The notes under the pieces are model-generated. The model did not search any database, was not told the origin of the DNA, and was given only the letters and a program-made list of their open reading frames with translations. Positions 25,517 through 43,155 of a stretch of DNA of 64,000 bases are shown piece after piece. Where the stretch lies: contig JBEWZL010000209.1 of the NCBI GenBank assembly GCA_045837725.1, positions 372,001 to 436,000 of the forward strand, read 5' to 3'. Position 1 is the first letter of the stretch, and each line of letters starts with the position of its first letter. This DNA comes from Vermamoeba vermiformis. Its lineage: Eukaryota. The translations under genes were made by a program, and so were the position numbers.

Positions 25517-25854
25517 TGTGTTTGTTTGGCTGATCGAGTTAAAATTGAGTTCAGCGCATTTTTGCTATTACTAAAGCGCACGCGACACGCGAGCAGACGA
25601 AAGTCAATTTTGTATAATTAACTATATGTTGTAAATATTGTAAGGTAAGTTGGCTGCGAGGCTGTTCAGTTTTCCAGCCAAATCTACAGTTACCGGAGCT
25701 AGCCCAAGCAATTAGCAAATTTCAATATAAAATAATATTTATTTATATTAACTTATATGGATCGCAATAACTTGGATTCAAAGCAAACGCTTAACAAAAA
25801 TTACAATAATTCGAGTCTAATTTACCAGATCTAACCCCGTTTTGCGTAGATATA

Positions 25855-26121
25855 ATGGAAGGTCATCGTAAACTAGTACTAGGATTATTTAAGGAATATT
25901 TGAGGCTATGCAGAAAATTGCCGAACGCAGCTTATCAACGGAAGGTTTCCTTCAATATCTCAGAGATGTTTCATTACAACAAACGAATAACAAATCCTCA
26001 AAAGCAAAAAGCAACATACGAAAAAGGATTGTACGATTACGAGACGTTTAAGAACTTTGTAGAAGCAGATCCGAAGATCCAGAAACTCATTTTCGAGCGA
26101 ATATCACGAAATAAACACTAA
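25855..26121 (+). CDS. LYR-motif (Complex1_LYR-like) mitochondrial protein
   Basis: VLGLFKEYLRLCRKLP...ISEMFHYNK, 88 aa. Confidence 0.7.
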   Translation: MEGHRKLVLGLFKEYLRLCRKLPNAAYQRKVSFNISEMFHYNKRITNPQKQKATYEKGLYDYETFKNFVEADPKIQKLIFERISRNKH

Positions 26122-26297
26122 CACATTCCAACAACATGCACCTTAAGCTTAGATCACGCACAAACAGTCGTTGGCGCGATTGCTGAAATTTGCCAGCCAA
26201 AATTCGAAAATTTGACAGTCAAAAGAGCCAGGCTTGTTCGTGTACTGGAATATTTTTGTTATTCTCGTTCTGACTAACTAGCTAACACGAACGCACG

Positions 26298-28541
26298 ATG
26301 AAGCGAACCAGAACATCTGCTCCGAACAATCCTCCGAAGCAAGGCCAAGCATCCGGCCAGCGCTCTCAAGTTGGCATCAACGATATATCGCCTTTAGTTA
26401 CTAATGCTGAGATCATTGGGCTAGGTGAGCGATATTACATGGTCTTATAGAGCACTAATAGCCTACATCCAACAGTCTTACGAAAGCTCGAGACCACCGA
26501 GTTCGTCGACAAGAAGACCAACCAATCAAAAAAGAAAGGCAGCTTCATCATTAGAGGTACGTTTTCTAGCATTACGAAACTATAAAAATTGATTTAATGG
26601 TATATTTAGATCGCACTGATACCTGCGCTGTCATCTGTTGGGGCGATGCTGCTGTTTTCGCCGAAGCTGTAGAGGTAAATCTAAACGACCGTTACACGAG
26701 CCTCTAAGCTAATTAAATCATAGGTTGGCGATGTGGTTACCATCAAAGGTCCTTCTATAAAGGTAATAGACCCTCTTTGACCTCCAAATACTTTTTGTAG
26801 CTCGACTAACGTGGTTGCTTGATCCAGGTTAAAAATAGCTTCTCGTCTCCAAGTACTTCTAATTTTGAGCTGCACTTGGACTCTCTTGAGAAGTCTAGTG
26901 TCGAGGCATGCACGAACTCACGAGCCATCGCTGAGCTGATGCTGACAAAACCTCCGCAAAACTCGAGAGTCGTTACGTTAGACAACCTCCCTGACATTAC
27001 CGAGAGCAGTAACATAACTGTAATGGTGATGGTAAATAAGGTATCGTAATTCATTCATTAAATGCGTCTTCTTTCGTAAGGTCTAACGCTTCGAATCCAG
27101 ATTCTCGATCAACAATTGATTACGACAAAGAAGGGCGACTCTGTTCTCAAACAAACCGTCATAACATTCGACCAGTACTGCCATTACTTTCCAATCGTCT
27201 TGTAAGCGTACCCTTATCCATTGCGATTAATTAATCTGGCCGACAGTTGGGGCACGGATCTGAAACTTGTCGAAAGCTTTGATAATGATTCAAGTACGTT
27301 GCTACTAATACTTATGTGTATATATTAACGAATCATATAGTCTTGTTTCTGGAGAACATCAAATACTCCGTTTTTCAGGTACGCAATTACTACACTCCAG
27401 AACACATTTTGACACTTCCCTAGGACCGCCCGCAAGCAGTATTCCAAAAGAGCAGTACGTTGATGCTCAATCCAGAGACGGCCGAAGGTACGTTATATCT
27501 ATAGAATTAGCGAATAATAACATTTGTCACAGCGATTGAGCTGTTCAAGTGGGCGACACGCGAGGAAAACTTTCGGTTGTTGGAGGAAAGTAGCCTCATG
27601 GCGAGTTACAATAATGCTGGAACTAGTTCTAAAGTTGAAAGTAAGTGAATTACTCGTGAATTCAATAATAGCATGCAATGGCTAACATTCGTAAGAAACT
27701 ATCGCCGAGATCCAAGATTTCTACTTCATTGAGAACTTGAAGCTCAATGCCGCCGTCAGTAATGAGGGCGTCTATGGCTTCATCTATGCCTCGTTGTACG
27801 CAATGGAGTTGAACGGCAACGACTGCTGCTACTTGGCTTGTTCCGCGTGCAGAAAACGGATCACAGAATTGAATTTGTGTTCGAATGCTCGGTGCAAGAT
27901 GTATAACCAAGCCACAACGCCCACGTATTACATGTAAGTACGCAACCTTTTCGCCTGCGACTTTTACCTAGAGAAATCTGAATTCTATCTGAAGTATACA
28001 ACATAAATTCTATGTTTTGCGGGATTCTCCAGCTCATTGCAGATGTTACTAATCCATAAATAACGTATCACTGCTCGAGTATCGCTTACCCTTCCTTAGG
28101 AAAGTTCCCTGCTCGTTTGTTGACCAGACCGGGAACATTGAACGCGTGTCATTGTTTGGTGATGTTGCCGAGAACTTTCTCAAAGCGACGGTAAGCTCCT
28201 CTTTGTAGCATTGATATACTCATTCAAGTAACTATTGTAGGCATCTGAAATTATGACGATGGAAAAGAGCGAGATAGAATTCCTGATCAATAGTATGATC
28301 TGGCAAAAGTATGTTGTCTACGTTAAGGTAAGTCGATTGAATAGCTTTACGGCATTGAAAAACGTAAACTAACTAAGTTATTGCAACCTGATAGGCCTAT
28401 CAATTTCGATCTAATTTCGGACTTGCCAATCAATCAGCCAACATCTCTGACTCGACTATTCGCTTCAATATCATAGGCTGCGAGCCTATTGACTATGAGA
28501 GCGCTATCAAGTTTGTCAATGCCATCAAGGTCAACGTATGA
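26298..28541 (+). CDS. MEIOB: MEIOB-like meiotic OB-fold ssDNA-binding protein
   Basis: GSFIIRD..CAVICWG, VGDVVTIKGP, SPSTSNFEL, CSAC..CSNARC zinc finger, FVDQTG..LFGDVAE..WQKYVVYVK: RPA1-paralog layout resembling MEIOB. Confidence 0.75.
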
Positions 28542-28944
28542 TCCCAAATCTAAGCTCGGTTAAATTTAGAGCTTACGGGAGACCAATGTGATCGGCAATT
28601 CTGATTTACGATATTATTAATTAAATAATAATGTTAAGAAATAGTGTTGTCGGTCAAAAAACTCAAAGATTTCATTAGGATTCTCCGATCCTCTTAAAAT
28701 TGTGGGTAAAAGACTTTTCGTTGCAATTTAACTTGATAAGGTTGTAGTGTAATTAATTGTAAGAAAGAATGAGGGCACAATCTTTTCCGGAGAAATAGCA
28801 TTAATGTTTATTTAAAATATCAATGCAATTTAGGCCATCTGTCGGGTTTCCGTCAGAAGACCAATAAATAAACTATCTTACAAGGGTACTATTAACAATA
28901 TACTACATCAAAATTGGAAAGATTCTAGAATTATCAAAAGAACA

Positions 28945-29298
28945 TTACTCGACTCGGATTTCGGCGTTCTGGTACTCGGGGGCGCCTAGCGGGTTACTAG
29001 ACTTGAAGCCAGTGACATACTTTGAAGGTTTTCGGGTCAATTCCGCATGTACGGCGTTGCAGTTGATATGTAAGTCCGCGTTCTTGCATCCGATCGCAAC
29101 AACGCTGCCATGGTGCTTCTTCGTGTCACTTCGGCACTCTTGTTGCTTGCAGCAGCTCCATCGACCAATTGATAATTGTCCGTCGGTGCTTTCTTGGCTC
29201 CATTGGCCAGGGTGGTAATAGCAAGTGGTATTGAATCTTGAATCAAACAACTTGTGGCATCTGTCGCAAGTCAAATAGTTTGAACCTTGGTTGCCCAT
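28945..29298 (-). CDS. Small Cys/His zinc-binding protein with predicted N-myristoylation
   Basis: MGNQGS start; CDRC, CYYHPGQW, GRWSCC, GC...H. Confidence 0.7.
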   Translation of the reverse strand: MGNQGSNYLTCDRCHKLFDSRFNTTCYYHPGQWSQESTDGQLSIGRWSCCKQQECRSDTKKHHGSVVAIGCKNADLHINCNAVHAELTRKPSKYVTGFKSSNPLGAPEYQNAEIRVE

Positions 29299-29641
29299 GA
29301 TTAAAAATATTAATTTAATTTGTGGTGTTGAGTTACTTGTGAGTTCGGATAATGAAAAAATTTCGGCCTGGATTTTTTATCTTGTACTCAATTTCCTAAT
29401 TTGGACTTACTGAATTACTTCATTCTGGGCAGCAATCCTCTTAGACTCCGCGGAGAAACCAGTGGAAGGATACTATAAAGAGTAAGTAATGGACATTTTG
29501 CTGCTATTTCAACCTGGCGTAACGGTTCGCATCCCAAGGAGCGTACTCCCACGCACATCCTACCCTAAGGACCTATTTTTAACCTAGTCGCACATAAATA
29601 ACTCAGTGTAAATCTTTTAAACAGGCAAATGAGCTATTTTA

Positions 29642-30820
29642 TTAGTTGACTAACGAGGCTGTCCTCTGTTTAAAGTGTTCGAACACATCAGCAACGTACC
29701 GCTCCAGTACTTCCAAGGAGCAATCAGTGTAGATAACTACGTCAGCGTACTTGAAGCGTTCCTTGTACGTCATTTGCGCGTTGATTCGTTGCTCAGCTTG
29801 CTCTGTAGTCAAGTTATTTCGCTTCATAATTCGATCTCGCGCCACTTCCACAGGTGCGTGCGTAATCCACACCTCATTTACAAGTTTGTGCCACTCAGCC
29901 TATTAATAACAGCATTAGGAATATTTGAATTGAAAATGGTACGGATTATTAGATCCAGTTGAAGCTAATTATAGAAGCCGAAATTTAACTTAAAAGTCTA
30001 GAGGCGGCCTGAGATTGAACCAGATAAATTTATGATCGACGACCGATGCCAATACTATAATTTATGCTAAATTTACCTCGATGAGAACTGCTGCTTCAAT
30101 GACCAGGTACTTCACGTTTGAATCTCGTGCGCGTCGAATCTCGTCCTCGAGCAGCACTTTAACGCCAGGCCAGACAATGTCACTGGAGCTATAATTAGCT
30201 AACAGGTACCGAGTGGATTACGAAGTGATATGGTTTGGTTCATTGAAAGATAGCAGATACGAGTTCCACAGCACTTACGTTAGCTCCTTCATCTTGGCTT
30301 GATCCCCGAAGACAATGCCTCCTAAAACTCTGCGATTGATAGTACCATCCTCAGCTACAATGTGTTGACCAAAATGAGCAACTACTTTGTGAAAGGTGTC
30401 TGTTCCCGGCTCGTAGGCTTTATGACCTGCACGAAAAGTAAATCTCGGAACTACACGAGGTAATACCATTATTTAACGAGTTTAATATTAAAACTATTTT
30501 TTGTGATTTATCCTATAATATTTTTTGATGGCTAGCTTAAAGTTTAAGGCTGAGTCGGAATCGCGTTAACAAATTAAATAATTTTTCTTAATGGTATCAT
30601 TATGGCTCAAGACTCACTTTACCTCAATTTAAGTAATATGCTGTATTGCGCGCACGAAATAATATTTACCTAGCTTGTCTGTATCAACAATTTGGGCACC
30701 AGATTTCTCTAACACTTTTATGAGGGTAGATTTGCCTGTACCAATACCGCCTGTCACGCCAATAATATATGGTAATGATTTAACATCGCTCTTGGTCTCT
30801 GTATTGAGCACTGTTGTCAT
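29642..30820 (-). CDS. coaE: Dephospho-CoA kinase
   Basis: IIGVTGGIGTGKST, DGTINRRVLGGIVF, IVWP, IEAAVLIE, RINAQM. Confidence 0.92.
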
Positions 30821-31175
30821 TTAATGAGACGTGCTGTGTCCTGATTTTGTTGCTAAAAAAAATCGCGCGCAAATTTTGAAACGGTCACACGAAGTCAATC
30901 TTGATCTGACAAAGTTGTAAATAACACATCATTTATGTATATAGACATGTATTAATTGGTATGTAACGCGTTGACTTACAAGGGTTAAGCAAGGCGTAGA
31001 ATAATTTTCGGTGTTCGTGATCTCGCTTTGGCATCGCGTGTTTTATAAATCACTAATTTTAATAATTATTATACTATCATATTGTTGTAAAATCGCATTA
31101 ATCATTCGCAAATAATCGATTTTGATTTGCAAAATTATTGATTATTTATTTTTAATCAGTGTAGGGATTATAATA

Positions 31176-34100
31176 ATGGGAGACAGCGACGATTTTCAAC
31201 CAGAAGTAAAATCTAAAAAGAGGAAACGATCGGATTCAAAGCCAAAGGCTACTCAAGCTGGATCCATCACGGCTTTTTTTAATTCGACAAAAACAGAGAA
31301 ACCAGTGATTAATTTGACAGACGAAAAAGAAAATACCAATAATTCGGAGAATAATAGCGAAGGGGAAGTACGACGAAGCCCGCGAAAGCGACGAAGATTA
31401 GAACCGAGTAGCAATAATGATTCTACTGGTCTTCCTTCCTCTTCACCTGTAACAGCTCAAGAAGTCATATTTATAGCTGATTCGCAATCGCAATCTCAGC
31501 CTAAAAATGACGCGCAAAAGACTGCTACGCCAACGAAGCCCAAGCGAGGTACGAACACGCGCCTCTTTGCATACCTTTGCTAACATTAGTAATGAATTGA
31601 TTAGGAAAAGCTAAGCAGAAAGAAATAGTAGACGAGAGCAGTAATAAAGAGAATAGTGCGGCACCTGTTAATGTCGAGCCTGCAAAAGTAGAAAGTACCG
31701 CGGAACCTGCTGCCACATCTACTGAAGGCGAAACTATTGGCAGAAGACTAAGGCCTAGAAGTCCAGTTAAAACTACAGATAATCAAGCAGTGAATAATTC
31801 AAGCACTTCTCCATTAAAGGCTCAAAAGGCTGCTCAAATTGATGTCGACTCGTCAGATCCGCCATCAACTTCAGCAAGCGAAGATAATTTCTTTACGCGA
31901 ATGACAAAAAGAACTCCAACGAAATCTAAGAAGAAAGAGGAGATTGCTCCAGCCGCGCCAAAAGTAGATGAGGTCTTTGCGGTAAAACCTGGAGGTACAT
32001 CCAAAGAATTATCACGCACTTGAAATTTACAATCGTAATCACTTTTGCTTTATTTAGAAAAAGTCCATGATTTCTTTTTAGCGGCATCGAAAAAGAAGGA
32101 GATTAAACTCCAGCGAGAATTGCAAAAATTGGACGAAGAAGTTGCTTCGAGCAGGTACCTAACGTCTTCCCTATAATAACTTAATATGATTAATGATTCA
32201 TAATATTAGGTCGCTAGCACAGCAAATAACAGGCGACAAAAAGCCTCATCCTTTCTTGTTGAAGAATCCCGCGTTCAAAATGACAGTTGTCAAAGAAAAG
32301 CCAGCCTGCGAAGCAACCGAACAAGGTACATTTAATAGCGCGAAAATACATGCCTTAATGATCTAACAACATTTTAGTTGTGTTTGAAGGACCGACGCTT
32401 CGTTTGATCGAGTTTCCGTTCGTGTCACATGTTGGTATCTCGACAACGGAAGACAAGGACAAAATGGACGACGTTATCGAGAGCAGCAATAGCAATAATA
32501 GTGCAGATCTATTCTCGAGCGATTCGCAAAATGAATTGGTGCCTAATTCTCCGAGTGCGGATCCAGCATTGTTCCGTGACGTTTTGGATTCGTGTGTCAA
32601 AGTCAGATTGTCAGACGTGGTTGTCAATCCTATCAAGAAGCCGGCTACTGTTGAAATTAAGGAGGACACGTAAGTGCTATTTTAAGCAACTGATGCAGAA
32701 CTCTACGGATCTGCCTCCACGCAAAAACTAACTTGAAATTATATTTAGACCAGTAACAACCGCTGATTTAGAGCAATTTGAAAATACGAGCGCGTTTGAA
32801 GCTATTGTTAGCCTAGTAGACCAGCAACAGCTTGCGTTTAATTCGCTCGAGTTGACGATCAGCCAAGCATTAAATGCAGCTAATGAAGCACCGTCCGCAG
32901 ATGAAGATTCGGATAGTTCGCAATCATCTTCGAGCAAGAAGAAAGAGAAGGCAGAGAATATTAACCCTAAAAGCCATTTTGTCGATACACCAACTTTGGA
33001 GCCAGATCAAATCCGATCACATCTACGAACCACAATGGCGAAGACAATTAAGCAGTCGAACGATGCTCAGGTAAAGGCCAATCCGCTTTGGACGGATAAA
33101 TATGCCCCGACAGGTGTCAATGAAGTTTGTGGCAATATAATTGCCGTCAAATTTTTATCCGCGTGGATGTCCAAATGGAAAACTCAAAAGACCAAAGAAA
33201 GGAAACGGAAGAACAAGAAGGATGACGATGATGAGGTATGGCACTCCAATCTAATTATAATCTCGGTTAATTTAGCAAAAGCGGATTAATTTCCTTTTGT
33301 GGTAATTTTTAAGGATTATTAACACCTTGTTATTTTAGTACATGGTTGAGCAACTGCCAAATACAGTATTATTGCATGGAGCTAGTGGGGTAGGAAAAAC
33401 AGCTGCTGTTTACGCTTGCGCCAAGCAGATCGGACTTTCAGTTTTAGGTACAACAGATCCGCTTAAAAATTTCAATTTAATTAATTAATTTCGTATTGTA
33501 GAATTAAATCCGTCTGCACAACGTTCCGCAAAGGAAGTGGCAAAATATGGAGAAATTACGCAATCTCAAGCCATCAGAGGCCAATCGAAAGACGCATCTG
33601 AGGCTCCAAAAGAAAATAATCAAACGCTGAATAACTTCTTTAAAGTCCAAAGCAAACAACCAACAAAGGATAACAAGACAGCTGCATCAGAGGCTCAATT
33701 TGATAACACTATTCTGTTATTTGACGAAGTTGATATTATTGACGAAGAAAAAGATAGAGGTTTTTATTCAGCGTTAGTAGAGCTAGTGAAGTCAACTAAA
33801 AGGCCGATTATAGTAACATGCAATAGTAAGTATTTGTCTACGAATTCATTTTAAAATTGCATTGAACTCGATCTCGGATTTAGATCTGTAGGATGTTTTC
33901 TCGTGTGCCTATTAATAATTTGTACATTAGCTATACCCGAAGAGCTATCAGCATTGCTCAACTTGCCTATTCTTCAGCTTAAACTGCGTCCAATGCCAAA
34001 GGCTCATTTCTTGAGCTACTTAAAACTAGTTGCATTATGTGAAGGCACCAATTTCACTATTCAACCAGCTGCACATGCTTTAGAGAAATTTGCTACATTT

Positions 34101-35799
34101 ATGAAGTGGGATCTGCGCAAGAGTTTGTTGAATCTGCAGTTTTGGTTGCAACAACATGATAACGACGGGATGAATAGCCTCGTTCTGAAGAATGATATAG
34201 ATACTCCTAAAGATGCGCGACTACGCTTATTTAGGAATAATTTATTGGAGTCTTGTTTTGGCTACGCGCATCTGAGTTCAAAATACTCGAACTTGTTTTG
34301 GACTTTCTTGTTGGGCCAAGAGATACCTCAAAATAGCACAAATACCAATAATAATAGCAGCGATAGTCAACAGCAATCATTTTTCAGCTTTTATTACAAC
34401 AAACAACGGCAGAAATTAATGCAAAGTAATAACGATGATTCTCCGCTATTTTTCAGCGCGACAATTCCTAAATCGGAAATACAGTGGAAGATGGAGAAAG
34501 AAGATACATTTTTCATAGCAGAGACAGCACATTTACTGCGGTTAGATATCGTTTTTAACAACTACTTGCAACTCTTCATTGAGCCAGTTTTGCCGTACCA
34601 ACAAGCACTTTTTACAATGAAAAAGACATATGAACAGATTGAGGTCGAGGAGAAGATACCTATTTTGGTATTACAAGATACACCTGAAGAAAAACCAACT
34701 ACAGAAATCAGCGAGAACAAGCCGTCGGACGAGACCTCCGAAAAACAGACTGAAAAAAAATCTCCGATCAATTCACCGAAAAAGACGACTACTTTGTTAA
34801 ACTTCTTTACGAAGGCAGCACCTGTGTCACCATCAAAGGAGCAAAAAGTTAATACTGGTCAATCTGCGGATCCGACCACTGCACCAGTGCCTGAAGTCGC
34901 AGTTGAAGAGAAGAAAGAAAGCGACGTATGCGAGCAGCAAGAACTTAAAGTTGTAGTGCCCGCCAAGCCCAAAGTATTACCGTACAAAGAGGACTTCATA
35001 ATTGAAAAGAGACTCGAGGACAAATTGGTCAAAGCGGAGGTCACGCTAGCGAACCGTCTCGGGGAATTAATTTTCAACGATATTGTTCAGCTGAGCGATA
35101 ACATATCCGCTGCTGATGAAATGGATTCTATTCAATGTCCGTCATTCGTAAGTATTCAGCTCAAAATCGGTCGTTAATTGTTGCGGATGTGATCCTGATC
35201 AAGCTCATTTTTAGATGTCGGACAAATGGCCCTATGATTTTAAGCCACGTATAGACCAATCAGAAATGAGCTCCGCTTACGAGATATTATCGCTGCGCAC
35301 GTGTGTTGCCAACACGTGTAATCAAGATTGGAGTATTATGCTTGCGGATCGCAGTACGCCTTCGAGTGGCAATAATAGCGAGCCATTAGAGACATTCTTT
35401 AATAATCATAGTGTCAGTTTAAGCGCTGATGATACGACCGCAGAACAGTACGTTGAAGGAAAGGAGCTCAAAGTTACGGATCTGACATTATTTTTCTTAG
35501 AATGCATTTCCAAAAGAAGATTGATACAGTTGTAGGACCTCTAATGGATAGTTTAGTATTTAGACTATCAAAAGCGACGTGTCTAGAATACACGTGGTTT
35601 TATCAACAATTATGTTTCATCGACGAGGATCGCGAAAAGACCAACACTAAACGAAGGTACGTTGTTGCAATAGTGATATTATCTAGTAACGGCAATATAT
35701 TAATGTTCTTATTGTAGGTTCACGAGTATGCTGCCGAAGTTCAGAATTTACGCGAATGAAAGCAAAATGTTGAAAGAAATGTCGCTTGTAAAATACTAA
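31176..35799 (+). CDS. ATAD5: ATAD5/Elg1 alternative RFC large subunit (PCNA unloader)
   Basis: Long disordered N-terminus, LWTDKYAP, GASGVGKTAAVYACA, ILLFDEVD...DRGF...TKRPIIVTCN, DLRKSLLNLQFW. Confidence 0.88.
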
Positions 35800-35981
35800 A
35801 GAAGACCTTTACAATATCCTTGACCTTATCATAAGGGTTGGAGTTCTATAATTATGGAATCACAAAAAAAAGCAGAAAAGGTACAGAATTCTCGAGCATA
35901 GATTTTATGAGGTCTACGCCGTGATTGTCGCATAATTTTAAAACTTGAAAATACGTTACAACACACCACGTTAAACTGATA

Positions 35982-36704
35982 ATGGACGCAGCGGATCTGG
36001 AGTCACGAAAGCGCAAGTCGCGAGATGAGGCAGGAAGCGACGATGACACGCCAAAGAAACAAAACAAAAAGCAGAAAAATTCTGGAAATAAATATAACGC
36101 AGACGAGGAAGATAAAAATGAAGGTCCGCAAGATCCGGAGTACCAGGAAATTCAAGGCGATCTATTTTTGTGCCCTGAAGAAGCTGCTTTAGCGCATTGC
36201 GTATCCCAAGGTAATAATAATTAGTAATATTGCAATATTTATATTAATTTTTTATCAGATCTGAGGATGGGAAAAGGAATCGCTGTGGAGTTCAAACGTA
36301 AATTTGGAAAAGTGCCAGATCTTATCAACCAGAATAAAGTGGTCGGCGAAGTAGCGCTATTAAAGCACAAAGACCGATTTGTATACTATTTGGTGACTAA
36401 GGAAAGATATTGGAACAAACCTACCTATCAAACTTTGACATCCAGCTTAGAGCAGATGCGCGATCATGCGGTGAATAATGGCGTTAAAATGATATGCATG
36501 CCTAAAATAGGTAATATTAAGTATTCCATTTTATCTTCCCGAATTTAACTAGAACTTCGGATGGTGGTTCGTGTACTGACCTAGATTTCAATAGGATGTG
36601 GTCTGGACAAGCTCGAATGGTACAAAGTGCGCTGGAATATTAAACAAACATTCAAAGGCACTGGAATCAAAATATGTGTCTACAGCTATGATCCAAACCA
36701 ATAA
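35982..36704 (+). CDS. OARD1: OARD1/TARG1-like macrodomain protein
   Basis: GDLF...LAHCVSQDLRMGKGIAVEFKRKFG, YYLVTKERYWNKPT, MPKIGCGLDKLEW. Confidence 0.9.
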
Positions 36705-36820
36705 AATCACCGGATGTGTACATGGAAAATTGCTCGCTGCCCAATATCTATCACAATATTAATACTGCATAATAATTAATTCTGAGCACACTATTTAATA
36801 CTAAACGATGGCACGCATGT

Positions 36821-39019
36821 TTAAAAAGGTTTGTTGTTAATGAAGCTTTGGATCATTGCCAATGAAACGGCAGGTTGGTTCATAGGCACCTATTCAATAT
36901 ACCAATTAGTTATATACGCGTATATTATTGTATTATTGTATATATTACCATGTGTCCAGCGCCAAAAACTTTAATGAAAGTCAAACCATTCGCAGTTCGG
37001 ATCGTGCCAGTCTGCGTGTTTTTGACGTACCAAGGATTCTCGGGAGCATTATTAAAGGCACTCTATAAGATATAAGATTTCAATATATGAATATATATAA
37101 CGATTGGGTGAGAAGATAACAAACAGCAGAGGCTACAAGAGCTGGATTCAGATCCGGATCGGAATTGCCTTTTTAGGAAAAGAAAAGATTTAACCAACGT
37201 ACTTGACCGCTCCATTTCATAGCATTAAGCCATCTTTCAGTACCAATAAAGTTGCAAATCAAGTCCTTGACTCCGTTGTAGATCAGCACTCGGACGTTAG
37301 CATCGATAATTTTCGGAATGTCTTCCGCGAAATTAGATTCTAAATCATCTAACATAAACACTCCGACCTATAAATACTAATTTAGTATTATAATAATTTA
37401 AGTGATATTTGAACGTACCAATCGGCTGCATGAAGTCCAATCGGCCTTGGGTGACACGCCCAACGATTTTCTGACCGAAGTTTGCTGCAAATAATAACAA
37501 TTAATAAGCCGTACAATATTGTCAACGTTATTAAGATCAATTCGTCAAAGAGTCAAAAATGACATTTTGTGACACGTGTCAAACGGATCCAGCACTGTAC
37601 GCGTTACAACTTATTGATCTTCCATATTGGTGGTATTAATATTTGAGGTACTTACAGACAAGAACTTATCAAGGGCTGAAAAGTCGTAGCAAAGTGGAGG
37701 ATATTCGCATCGTTCGCGAACATCGTAGATCTGTTACAATCGAGCAATTATTATTTAGCGCTTGAATAACCTAGTAGGCAACATGATACTATATGAAATA
37801 TAATAATTAATACTTACGTTAATTGATCGCAATGAATACGCTTCAGCACCCAACAACAAAGCCTATGAAAATCGCAGGTACCATTAGTATAGTCTTCTAT
37901 TATCAGTATATATACATCTCTAATATCACGTACTTCAAATGCCAAATTGCATTCTTCAACGGCGAGGGGCCACAAACCTGTGTCAATCAACAACTCGCAC
38001 GCTAGGAAATAAAAGTCAGATCTACTTGAACGAGAAAAAACATTAAGATAATAGTAATATAGTGACTGCTTACTAGGATAAGCAACGTCGTTATAAGCAA
38101 TACGTTCGACTTCAGGGATCAAAAAGTTCTCGTAGAGCAGATCTGCATCCGACGAGTACTGCACTGCTGGATTGACCCAACCGTTGCCAATACCAATGCC
38201 TTGCAAATTAATTTGCATATTGCCACCTGCTTTATTGCCATCGACAATACGGGCTCCCTAAGTAATTTTTTTTAGATCTCGTTACAATTCAAAAATTTTT
38301 TTTTTTGGCTAAACTTACGATAGCAGGGATATAGTGTCCAGCATATGACTCTCCGATTAAATAGAGGTCAAGCTTGCTATATTGAGGGTATTGCGCGAAG
38401 AACTTGATCAAGAACTAAAAATAGGTTCCGAGTCAGATCTTGATTGATAAGATAGGCCTTGATTATACCGTCGAATATTCCTATGATTAATATATATATA
38501 TACCTGGTACATATCTTCAGCAACGCCAGTTTCATCCTTGACGTAATCAGAATAGTGATCTCCGTAGCTAAATCCAGTGCCAACAGGCTGGTCAATGTAC
38601 AGAATATTGGCATATGTATTCCAGCTATAATAATATTATTAAATCATATACAATGATATTTATCGATAAATTAGGATATTGACGCACCTGTAAGGGTTGG
38701 AGTTGATAGTACCATTAGTGTCCATGATATAAGGGCCATTTTCCTTTAATTCAATTATTAAATGAGCATATATATGCAAAGATACCATATTAAAGTATAA
38801 ATACCACGAATAAAGCCAATTGAGACGAGCATCCAGGACCGCCTAAAATTAAATCCGTTACCAAGCCGGATCGTGTCATCATAATATCGATATATACTTA
38901 CCAGTCAACCAAATAATAAAAGGAGCAGTTTTAGGGTTGTTTCTAGCTTCAAACATCCAATAAAACAAATGTGATCCGCTATCGGTTTTGGTGCCATTAA
39001 CAGTAATGTATCTGATCAT
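36821..39019 (-). CDS. Serine carboxypeptidase (S10); 5' end uncertain
   Basis: [68 protein letters not shown]. Confidence 0.92.
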
Positions 39020-39690
39020 TATGAATGATCAGAATATAATCCATTATTCATATTTAATTATTTGCACGAGCAGGAATGGTAAAGCATGGTTGGATTGGTA
39101 GATCCATCAAAGATATTTTTGGTAATTATTTTTCTTTAATTTAAAAAAACACAAAAATCGCTATAATGACATTATTTATATTAATGACTTCAGGTTTGAA
39201 ATTTTTGGTCGCCTTTTTGACCGAACCCGTAGAAGTTAATCGCCTCCCTTTTGAGACAAACAACATGACTCGCGCTATCGTTGCTTTGTCGATTTTAAGC
39301 GTTATTGCACTGTGCTTGTGCGGAGGATGGGTATGATATTCATAATTAATCATAAATACAACGATAAAAAATAACGGATGTCATGAGCATCAATATAATT
39401 GTATTCTTACAATCATTTTATTAGGGTCCTGAAAAAAAAAACAGAGCAACAAAAACTATTTGAGCGGGACTTTTATATCTAACCAAGCTGTGCTCACCAC
39501 AATGCTATAGTAATGTGTAATAGAAGTATATAAGAGGGTTCTAAATGGTACTTCAAAAAACCAGATTAGTCTGATCTAGCCGTTATTTTATCCTTAATTT
39601 CTGGATGGGCTTAAGGTAATATTAAAATATTTATTTATATACATTTATAACAAAATTGTTCCCAATTAGTAATTTTGAGCTTTAAATTCG

Positions 39691-43155
<3,465 letters not shown>

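Noticed and set aside
28849-28859. Partial match to the MITE TIR (CCGTCAGAAG)
   Set aside because: Only ~10 bp with no partner repeat; compatible with chance.
29405-29580. GC-richer segment with short stems as a possible ncRNA
   Set aside because: It adjoins a minus-strand GTAAGT...CAG intron, so it is more simply a 5' UTR exon or promoter of the 28945-29298 gene; no family motif.
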